Shown here: in pieces, positions 48,550 to 58,480 of the stretch | How the letters are laid out: each line of letters begins with the position of its first letter | Position numbering within the stretch: the stretch's first letter is position 1 | Assembly: GCA_035221665.1 (NCBI GenBank) | Contig: CM069144.1 | Coordinates: 39,308,001 to 39,372,000 of the forward strand | DNA: 64,000 nucleotides | Origin: Okamejei kenojei | Lineage: Eukaryota | Direction: 5' to 3' | The notes under the pieces: generated by a model | What the model saw: only the letters and a program-made list of their open reading frames with translations | Told to the model about the DNA's origin: nothing | Databases searched by the model: none | Program-made: the position numbers and the translations under genes

Positions 48550-49405
48550 CAGGAATACAATCGATATTACCGCAGCTCCGCTCTTGCTCCCCCTCCCCCT
48601 TTCATAACAAGGACAGAGTCCCCCTTGTCCTCGCCTTCCACTCCATCAACCGTCGCATACAGCAAATAATCGTCCGACATTTTTGCCACCTCCAACGGGA
48701 TCCCACTACTCGCCACATCTTCCCATCTCCACCCCTTTGAGCTTTCCGCAGAGACCGTTCCCTCTGCAACTCCCTCCGCAACGCGTCCCTTCCCATCCAA
48801 ACCACCCCCTCCCCAGGTACGTTCCCCTGCAACCGCAGGAGATGCAATACCTGTCCCTTTACCTCAACTCCGTACAAGGACCCCAACAGTCTTTTCAGGT
48901 GAGGTAGAGGTTCATTTGCACCTCCTCCAACCTCTTCTACTGTATCCACTGTTCCAGGTGTCAACTCCTGTATATCGGCTAGACCAGGCTCGGCGATCGT
49001 TTCGCTGAACACCTCCGCTCAGTCCACCCAAACCTACCTGATCTCCCGGTTGCTCAGCACTTTAACTCCCCCTCCCATTCCCAATCTGACCTTTCTGTCC
49101 TGGGCCTCTTCCATTGTAAGAGTGAGACCGAAAACAAATTGGAGGAACAGCACATCATATTTCGCTTGGTTAGCTTACACCCCAGCGGTATGAACATTGA
49201 CTTCTCTAACTTGAAGTAGCCCTTGCTTTCCCTCTCTCTCGATCCCCTCCCCATTCCCAGTTCACCTACCAGTCTTACTGTCTCCGATTATATTTTATCT
49301 CTACCGCCCATTCCCCTGACATCAGTCTGAAGAAAGGTCTCGACCCAACACGTCTCTCGAGATGCTGCCTGTCCCGCTGATTTACTCCAGCATTTTTGTG
49401 TCTAC
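48550..49405 (+). mobile_element. 5'-truncated Penelope-like element (RT thumb/linker, GIY-YIG remnant, pLTR); 13-bp TSD
   Basis: NKDRVPLVLAFH..QIIVRHFCHLQRDPTTRHIFPSPPL..YIG*TRLGDRFAEHLRSV..EEQHIIFRL. CAAATGAATTGTA at 48537-48549 and 49406-49418. Confidence 0.9.
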
Positions 49406-51254
49406 CAAATGAATTGTATAGATGGCACAGAATACACCTAGTGATTGGTGGTGGTGGAGGAAATTAATATTTAGGTTGAATCAATATTTAATTAAACTTG
49501 GTTGCTTTATGAGATGAGAGTTGGTCGTAACGTAATTAGTTAACATAATTTGACATTAGTGTCAAATTTCTGGTGTCGTTGGGACTATACTCATCCAGGC
49601 CAGTGTAGTGTATTCCAGTGCTTGCTGCAGACAATCCAGCATCTGAACTGCTTTTGAAGGTCCAATTGAGTTCCTGGTCATTGGTGATCCCGAGGGTATT
49701 GTGATGGGAGAATCAGTGATGGTAATGTCTTAATAGCCAAGTAGTTTAGATTAGTAGATGTAGGTGTTAGAGTAGGTGTTTAGATTTTCTATTAAGTGAG
49801 CTGGTACTTTTCTGTGGTTCAAATGTTACGTGCCACTTGCCATAGATAAGCTGTGAGTTGGTGTTTACCCATTCAGTTCCGAGGCCACCATCGGAAAGAA
49901 GTGAGGAGTCATGCTTGCCCTTAGCCAGTAATATTCCATAAAACGGCGTCACTGAAAGAGCAGACATGGGGAGCTGTAGATGGTGGTTTACAAAAGTGCA
50001 GTGTACTCTCACATTATGGCAGTTCATGTCGAAGAAATTCACCCTTCAAGCATTCACAAATAGCCAGCAAAAATTTGAGAATTAAAAACAATTTTCAGGA
50101 TTTGTGTGAAAAATTAATAATCTCTAAATATTTACGGAGAACTGAGCTAATTTATCAAGAACAACAATCTCAGGCTGCAGGTTCGCAGCAGGCCACTTAG
50201 AATAGCTTTGGAAACAGACAAAGCTATCGTTTTCATAGATAATCGTACAACAATACCTTACCAAATAACTTGGCATCCCTTTCTAGTTAATTACACAGCA
50301 TTTAAACATTCACTTTCTCTTCAGCCTACAAGGCAATTGGAATTTCTTGCATTTAGATTGCACACCCATGTGGACATTACTGTCGAGAGAGTGTATAACT
50401 TCCCATACAAGCACCTCGTTAGTTATAATATGATTCAATGAGGAAAAAGCGTTCACCTTATTGAAACGTGATACAGGCAAATTTCTAGCAATGCAAAACC
50501 TCCGTAATGTGGGTGTAAATTGGCTATCGTTATTTATTAGTTGCTGTTAATGGGTGCAGGCTAACAAAAGACATTGGAGTAATTAAATATCATTTTTGTC
50601 TTTCCATTGCTATCAATCCATGAGTAGTAAAACTAACAAGGTGAAGTATGTTGTAAACGTGGAGAGATTTGAGCGGTGTTGGTGTTGTTCAGAGGGAACA
50701 CATCTTTGCACACAAAACATTAAAAGTTAATAAGATAAACAAGGAACTGCAGATACTAGTTTTTAAAAAAAGACAAAGTGATGGAGTTCATGTCTCCAGT
50801 TAGGAAAACAGTACATTGCCATATAGTGCCGTATTGTGGACAGAAATGAGGAATTCTTGTTTTAACTAAATACAACCCTAGTGAAATTGCAACTGCAATA
50901 TTGTGTATAGGTCTCTCTCACTACCTATTGCAGGGTATATCTACAATGGGGTGAGTGCAGTGAAGCTATACCAGATCACTTCTTGGGATGGCATGTTTGC
51001 TCCTCTGAGCAACGATGAAGCAGACTGGGTCATTAGCTCTTTTTAGAAGAATGAGGGGTGATCTTATTGAAATATAAAAGAGGGGTTTAATGGTATAAAT
51101 AAAGGCACGTGCTGGTAGTCAGTTGGGGAAAGAGAAGTGGAACTAACAACAGTAGATGGGACGCGATTGATAGAAGTGACCAGATGATGCATTCCAATGA
51201 GATAGGACGGTGAAACAAATAAGAGAGGTGGGGATGAGCGAAGTAGGGAATCGT

Positions 51255-51570
51255 GGAGGGAGTGGCTCCTGCGGAAAGCAGAAAGACTTGGGGATGGCAA
51301 GATGTGACTGGCAGGTGGGGATTGTGTTGTAGCTGGCGTAAATGTTGAAGAATAACGTGCTGGATGCCAAGGCTGGTGGGGTGAAAGCTGAGGACCTGGG
51401 GCACTCTATCCCTGTTCTGTTTGCGGGGAGGCAGGTTGAGAACAGATGTGCTGGAAATTGAGTTGCGGGAAGCTGGACCACCAGTCACAGTGCGGGGGGA
51501 AGCCCATTTCCTGAAGGATAAGGACAGTTCCAAGGTCCTGGTGTGGAAGATTCATCTCGAACAAATGCGA
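51255..51570 (-). mobile_element. Older Penelope-like ORF fragment, nested in CR1 debris (about 50640-52050)
   Basis: ORF 51087..51533 contains NRDRVPQVLSFHPTSLGIQHVILQHLRQLQ, homologous to the 48540 ORF. Confidence 0.75.
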
Positions 51571-52094
51571 TGATCCATGATCTTTAAAGAAACAAAACGA
51601 GCCCCAAGGTCTTCCTGATGGGGAATGGAAGTGAATTGGGTCTGGGCATCTGTGGTGAAGAAGAGTGGAGGGGGCCAAGGAATTAGAAGTTGGTGAAATG
51701 GTGGAGAACGTGAGATGCTCTAGATGTTGGTATGAAGGGACTGGACAAGTAGGGAGACAAAATAGAGGATTGATATGAGAAGATGAGTTCAGTGGCAGAC
51801 TGCCAGGGCTGGTGTGTGAGTTGGATATGAAGTGGGTGGGGAGGTGGTGTGACATGCCATGGTCAGAGACAGGGGGAGAGCTGTGGCACCCAGCAGCATT
51901 CGAAGTCCCGTTCTGGGGAGCAGTGAGATTGAGGTGGGCATTGGATCCAGGATGATGATGTTTCCCTTGGTTGATATGATCAGAACAGGGTAATGATTTC
52001 AGAATAAGGGACTGACCATTTGGGGTAGAGATGAGGAAAATGGTTTCAAGCATCGGTTGGTGAGGTTATGAAACTTTCAGTAGTTGGGTGCAGT

Positions 52095-52345
52095 GACTGC
52101 CGAGTGTTAGTAGAGCTGCTGATTCACAGCACAGACGAGCCGGTTTCGATCCTGACCTCCACTACCATCTGTGTGGAGTTTGCACGTTCTCCCAGCGACC
52201 ATATTGATTTTCCCAGGGTTCTCCAATTTCTCCCATATCCCAAAGACCTGCGGGTTGGTAGCTTAATTGGCAGCTGCAAATTGCTCCAGCTCTGCTGGTG
52301 AATGGAAGAATCTGGAGGTCATTGACGGGAATGTAGGGAGAATAG
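52095..52345 (+). mobile_element. tRNA-derived V-SINE (HE1-like)
   Basis: B-box-like ggtttcgatcc followed by the V-domain tgtgtggagtttgcacgttctccc..ctccaatttctcccatatcccaaagac..taattggc. Confidence 0.8.
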
Positions 52346-52369
52346 ATTACATGGAACATGTACTGGGAA

Positions 52370-52730
52370 CAAGGGCTGGACAAGCTAGATGCAGCAAAAA
52401 TGTTCCCAATGTTGGGCGAGTCCAGAACCAGGGGCCACAGTCTTAGGATAAAGGTGAGGCCATTTAAGACTGAGGTGAGAAAAAACTTTTTCACCCAGGG
52501 AGTTGTAAATTTGTGGAATTCCCTGCCACAGAGGGCAATGGAGGCCAAATGACTGGATGGATTTAAGAGACAGTTATATAGAGCTCTAGGGGCTAGTGAA
52601 ATCAAGGGATATGGGGAGAAGGCAGGCACGGGTTAGTGATTGGGGACGATCAGCCATAATCACAATGAATGAAAGTGCTGGCTCGAAGGGCTGAATGGCC
52701 GCCTCCTGCACCTATTTTCTATGTTTCTAT
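52370..52730 (+). mobile_element. CR1 3' end (second subfamily)
   Basis: GLDKLDAAKMFPMLGESRTRGHSLRIK..RKNFFTQGVVNLWNSLPQ, with tail ctattttctatgtttctat. Confidence 0.9.
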
Positions 52731-52824
52731 AGGATACACAAAAAGCTGGAGAAACTCAGCGGGTGCAGCAGCATCTAAGGAGCGAAGGAGATGGGCGACG
52801 TTTCGGGTCGAGACCCTTCTTCAG
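52731..52824 (-). mobile_element. Young Penelope-derived unit with intact hammerhead core
   Basis: Nearly identical to 39891-39984; it ends exactly at the CTGAAGA core (52824). Confidence 0.88.
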
Positions 52825-53289
52825 GGTCTGTTATTATGTGCTCAGCTACCAAGCTAACTTGTGTCTGCTCTTGCATGCAAAGCATAGCATTGGCAGGCTT
52901 CACAAAGAGCATTTAAGCAGAGATTAACCTGAAATCAGTACTTTCAGACATTCAAGTGAAGAGTTGTTAGCTCACTGATCCTTTGTGTGTAAACTTTGAG
53001 ACCCATTCTGTGACAAGAGTGGTCATATCAAGCCTGTACAAAGCTTTTATATTGCAGAATATGTTTGCACACCAACTCTTGCTAATAGTGTGGAGCAGAT
53101 TAAAGAAAAAAGTTGTTTTTTTAATGTTATACTCTTTTTAAAAACTTGGTTAGTGTTTACTTATGGAATAAAATTTATTGTAAACTTCCAGTTTCAACTA
53201 ATATCAGCTTATTTCTAAAATAACTGGAGAACCCAACAAGTATGTTGTAAGTTGAAACACCTTCTCACAAACCTTCCACAAAGTATATT

Positions 53290-53612
53290 GAATTATGAGA
53301 GGTACAGGTGGGTAGATAGTCAGTCTTTCCCCCCCCCCAAGGTGGAAATATTAAATATTAAAGCACATGGATTTAAGGTGAGAATGGAAATGTTGAAAAT
53401 AGATTTATGAGGCATTGATAGGTGCCTGGAACGGGCTGCCAGAGGAAATGGTGGAGTAGATACTATAGGGAGAATTAAGAGGCATTAGACAGACACATGA
53501 ACAGATAGAAATGGAGGGAAATAGACAATGTGCAGGCAGATGTGCAGTTAAATGAACAGTGTAGATGTCAAGGCTGAAGGACCGGTTTATGTGCTGTACT
53601 GTTCTATGTTCT
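53290..53612 (+). mobile_element. Old CR1 3' tail
   Basis: aattatgagagg..tttaaggtgaga..tgcctggaacgggctgccagagg..gtgctgtactgttctatgttcta. Confidence 0.7.
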
Positions 53613-53867
53613 ACCCATGGGCCATGGCAAAGGCAAACTTTAGATTCTTTAGGATGTCCCCCAGTCTTGGTGTTGTGTATGAGCTGTGTTCATGAGTGTG
53701 CAATGTGTGTTTCATCTGTGTTTCATTGTTTTGTTTGCCTTGGTTAAATCCAACACTTCAACCTTGTATCAGTGCTACTTGTCCTCAACATCCAGCCCTC
53801 CCGTTTATGTCTTTCCGGGACTGGAATTGTGTTCATTTGAGGGGTGCTGGGGAGCTTCCCAGAAACA

Positions 53868-54748
53868 TGAGGGAATTGAATGCAACATCTCAAAGTTTGC
53901 GGATGACACGAAGCTGGGGGGCAGTGTTAGCTGTGAGGAGGATGCTAGGAGGCTGCAAGGTGACTTTGGCGGCAAAAACAGGAAAGTAGACTATTATTTG
54001 AATGGTGGCTGATTAGGAAAAGGGGAGATGCAACGAGACCTAGGTGTCATGGTACACCAGTCATTGAAAGTAGGCATGCAGGTGCAGCAGGCAGTGAAGA
54101 AAGCGAATGGTATGTTAGCATTCATAGCAAAAGGATTTGAGTATAGGAGCAGGGAGGTTCTACTACAGTTGTACAGGGTCTTGGTGAGACCACACCTGGA
54201 GTATTGCGACAAGTTTTGGTCTCCTAATCTGAGGAAAGGCATTCTTGCCATAGAGGGAGTACAGAGAAGGTTCACCAGACTGATATATGAAGAAAGACTG
54301 GATAGACTCGGCATGTACTCGCTAGATTTTAAAAGATTGAGGGGGGATCTTATAGAAAGTTACAAAATTCTTAAGGGGTTGGACAAGCTAGAAGCATCAC
54401 AAGCTAGATGCAGGAAGATTGTTCCCGATGTTGGGGAAGTCCAGAACAAGGGGTCACAGTTTAAGGTTAAGGGGGAAGTCTTGTAGGACCGAGATGAGAG
54501 AAACATTTTTCACACAGAGAGTGGTGAATCTCTGGAATTCTCTGCCACAGAAGGTAGTTGAGGCCAGTTCATTGGCTATATTTAAGAGGGAGTTAGATTT
54601 GGCCCTTGTGGCTAAGGGGATCGGGGGGTATGGAGAGAAGGCAGGTATGGGATACTGAGTTGGATGATCAGCCATGATCATATTGAATGGTGGTGCAGGC
54701 TCTAAGGGCTGAATGGCCTACTCCTGCACCTATTTTCTATGTTTCTAT
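53868..54748 (+). mobile_element. Young CR1 RT C-terminus and 3' end with internal deletions
   Basis: [33 protein letters not shown]; same subfamily as 1521-4010. Confidence 0.93.
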
Positions 54749-55139
54749 GAGTGTCCTCACGAGTTTAAGCAATGAGCATTATCTGCCATGGGAATCTCCA
54801 GAGTTTTAACATCAAAGAATGAAAAGTAAATTTTATCATGAAAAATCTGGATTTCCAGCAGAAGGGGTGAAGTTTGAGGCTGGATTGTCTTCCCAGGAAA
54901 TGGGAGACTAAAATCCCATAATTTAACTTCAAGAATTTGAACTTGTTTAAACATCTCAGTAGCGTTTAAAGACTACTTGGAAGTGTGGTTAAAGGACCAC
55001 GACCTACAGACCAAGTGCTGGAGGATGTGATTCAGCAGTTGACTCGTGGTGCTCGGGTACAGTGGGCTGAATGGCTTTCTGTAATGTAAATGTTCTGTGA
55101 TTCTGTGGCTAATGGCCATAATTGAACTTTAGTAATAGT

Positions 55140-55547
55140 TGGAGGAACAGCACCTCATATTCCGCTTGGGGAGTCTGCATCCTTTGGGCTTGAACATTGA
55201 ATTTTCTCAATTCTGTTAACCCTTGCTGTCTCCTCCCCTTCCCACCTCTCCCTCAGCCCTCGGGCCCTGGCATTCCCTCTCTCTCTATCTCCCTCCCCCA
55301 CCCTAGTCGCACAAGCTTCTCATTTTCACACCACAAACAGCTTACAATGGCTTGTTCCCTTTATCATCGATACTTTTTTGCATATCTTCCATTCATTGTT
55401 CTTTACCTCTCCACATCACCGTCTATATCTCTCGTTTCCCTGATCCCTGACCAGTCTGAAGAAGGGTCTCGACCCGAAACGTCGCCTATCTCCTTCGCTC
55501 CTTAGATGCTGCTGCACCCGCTGAGTTTCTCCAGCCTTTTGTGTACC
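55140..55547 (+). mobile_element. Young 5'-truncated Penelope-like element; 13-bp TSD
   Basis: Near-identical reverse complement of 39892-40300. CTTTAGTAATAGT at 55127-55139 and 55548-55560. Confidence 0.93.
55456..55483 (+). ncRNA. Minimal type-I hammerhead-ribozyme-like motif, sense to the TP63 pre-mRNA
   Basis: CTGAAGA-a-GGGTC-tc-GACCC-GAAA-CG-TC: core boxes, stem II, and a palindromic ACGT in place of stem III. Stem I is weak (about 2 bp). Confidence 0.65.
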
Positions 55548-56418
55548 CTTTAGTAATAGTCCATTGGGTTCATTGATGGCCACAAGGGAAATAAACGAAG
55601 TAGCTTTGCAGATCAGGACCATGTGCAACTGATTCCACACATGGTGTGACAGCTCCCCTCTTCAACATCCCTCGGTTACCCCAGGGTTTATCCTTCCCTC
55701 GACACCCAGGGAGGGGCAATAAATGCCAGTTTTGCCAGACTGTGTATGAAACAGTTTAAATGATGTGAAAAGACAGTTGATAAATGTAGGAAGTTGAGAA
55801 ATAATAGAAACCTCCTTGGAGGCTTATGTAAATAGCCCTCTCGCTTTCCTCTCTCCCCCCCCCCCACCCCCCACTTCCTATGTCTCTCCACCATCCGCTC
55901 CAGCATACATCTGTAACCTATCCCAGAGCCCACCTCCGCCCCCCAGCCCACCCTGTTCTGTGCCTCAACGTCCACTACCCAGACCTCCTCTACCATTCTG
56001 CCCCATTTACTCCGCATACCTTCTCCCTACCTCCTCACTCTCTTGTCTGTGACTATCTCACCGTGAGTAAACGGCTGTATTTGGCTGCAGTTGAAGTTTG
56101 GGTGGCTTCTGCATTCCTCATTAGATTGGGAGCGTGGCTGGAACGTGGCCAGACCTCAGGGTGAGGCTTTGCCTGAAGCAGAGGGTGTGTACTCAGCAGC
56201 CAACTGTTAACCCTGTGTGTACCGCACTGGAAATAGATGGCTGTTTTTTCATCGACTCTAGGTCTAAATCCTGGCACTTGTTTTGCCTGCAGAACCTGTG
56301 GAGCACCTTCGCCAGAAGGACTGCAGCGGGTTGCAAATTGGCATAAAGCCTCCTTCCTGAGGACAATAAATGTTGGCCACCATGCCAACAATGCTCAAAT
56401 CCTGAAAAATATTGAAAT

Positions 56419-56454
56419 AAACAAGACCTGGCAAGTTTATCTCTACGCAAGTTT
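56419..56454. promoter_or_regulatory. Candidate p63/p53 response element
   Basis: AAACAAGACC-TGGCAAGTTT is an 18/20 match to RRRCWWGYYY x2 with no spacer. A third half-site ACGCAAGTTT lies at 56445-56454. Confidence 0.45.
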
Positions 56455-57270
56455 GCCAGTCCTTCTAACAAAACCATGGCTTCTTCCAGCCACTTCCCTG
56501 ACTTATGTTACTTCTCCTCAACTGCTGATATGCTGGAGCTGGTTTCTCTGCTGAGTCACTTGCAATAAACTGTTAGTGGACAGCCCAGTAGTGGGATGGC
56601 CAAGACCAGCACACCAGGGCATGGGGGGATCCCACAGCCCACGGCACTCCCCGGTTGCCTGGCATGGCACCATGTGTGCTTTCAATCTTTTCCACAGATT
56701 TACCGAGTTGCTGATACTGTCCCCATTATCAGTACAATTAATAAAACTATCAGGATACAGCCTGAATTACAAAACCAAACATTGTTTGAGGGACTTAGCG
56801 AAATGCACAAACCTTAATCCCCTTACGCGTCTTAGTTCCCTTTCCTCTCTCTTCACAACATTCCTCTTGCTTTCTAGAGATAGATTTCATAACAGCTCCC
56901 CTCTTCAATACTCTGAAAACAAGTCACACACCTGTGGGTGTGAACTTGTGTTACGCACTGGCTGAAAGCCCCTGCTGTTCTGCTCTGCTGAAAGCAGTCA
57001 ATGGAATGTACCTGTGTTGTTTGTTTGTTTTCTTTACGGGGTCTATGAACAAGACAAAGTCTCAACAAATAGACTCTTTCTGGTCTGTGTTTCGGTGCAG
57101 ATATCCTGCCATAACTTGGAAGGGATCCCATCGTGAGCCCTGTAGCCCACTTTTACCAGAGAACATAAGGACAGCTGGAATGGAAGCAGGAGTACTCCAT
57201 TGTGCCTGCTCTGCCAGTCACTGTGACTGTGGATGGTCTTTTGCCTCAGCACCACCTTCCTGTATTAACT

Positions 57271-57479
57271 GGAAGGACATAAAATGCTGGAGTAACTCAG
57301 CGGGTCAGGCAGTGTCTCTGGAGAGCATGGATAGGTGATGTTTCGGGTCGGGATCCTTCTTCAGACTGAAGAAGAGTGCCGACCCGAAACATCACCTATC
57401 CATGTTCTCCAGAGGTGCCGCCCAAAGAAGCACTTTGTGTCCTCCTTTGTAAACCAGCATCTGCAGTTCCTTGTTTCTA
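57271..57479. mobile_element. Palindromic head-to-head Penelope-derived unit with degenerate 13-bp TSD
   Basis: Centre cttcttcag-a-ctgaagaag at 57365. Arms 57316-57351 and 57379-57414 are 35/36 complementary. Flanks are cttcctgtattaa and cttcctatattaa. Confidence 0.88.
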
Positions 57480-58432
57480 CTTCCTATATTAATTCATGTT
57501 TCTTGATTCCTATATTATCCAAATCACTCTGTCTTGCCCTGGACTTGCTCACTACAAGGCCTGTCTCCATCCTCTGAAGCTTCTCTGCAGTCTCCTTGTA
57601 AACAGTTTTCATCACAAGTGGATGTGGATGTCTTGCAATTCATTATATGTTTGTGAATAGCTGGGGCCCTCAGAATCAACCCCTTCAGCAGCCCCAGTAG
57701 TTTTTGGAAAGTTCAAATACACCATCCAACACAGTTGCTTTTATCTACTATATATCAACATTTTTCACTTTCATAAATTCAATTGTTTATTATTTTCCTC
57801 TCGCCACTAATTTGGTAATAAATTCTGCCATTTTCCTTATTACTGATGTTGAGCTTACTGCTGTTTTTCTCTACTTTTGAACATCACCTGCTATCTTCCA
57901 GTCGGTGGGAGCCATTCTAGGATCTGTGACAGTGACGGGTGGCAACCATGCCTCCACTGTTTTCATGATTGCCTTCAGACCCCACAGATGCAGGTCGTTC
58001 GGTCCTGGAGATCAGTCAGCCTTCAGGCTCATTAGGTTCTCCTCCATCATATTTTTTTAAGCAATGCAAATGTCTTTGAACTCATTCATTCCAGACCTGT
58101 TATACTTCAGTATTTCCAGGAAATTGTCTGTGCCAGCTCTGTTATGACAGGCAAAGCGTTTGTTTAATTTCTCGGCCATTTCCTTATTCCCTAGTTGTTT
58201 TTTCCCCATCTGATTCTGAGTGGCAAAACAAGGTTGCCCTTTTCTGTTGCTTAACCCAATATTGCCTTCCTCAAGTACTTGCGAATGAGTGGGTAATTCA
58301 TATTTGATCAAAAAGGTTGTCAGTGATGTATGTTTGTGAGTGAGTGAAGTATGGCTATAGCTAAAAGGGATTTTTGTTTTAACCTTAGAAATGTTTCAGG
58401 AATTTGAATCTAGGGTCAAATTGTCCTTCAGA

Positions 58433-58480
58433 ACACACACAGACACTCACACAGACACTCACACGGACACTCACAGTCAC
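58433..58480 (+). repeat. Short (acacagacactc)n microsatellite
   Basis: About 4 copies visible directly. Confidence 0.8.

Noticed and set aside
51406-52053. 215-aa minus-strand ORF
   Set aside because: Spans degraded Penelope and CR1 sequence, is low in complexity and has no coherent domain.
6421-57479. Recurring ~30-bp palindromic motif as a CRISPR repeat or tRNA
   Set aside because: Dispersed in both orientations in a vertebrate intron, with no spacers and no cloverleaf; explained by the Penelope pLTR.
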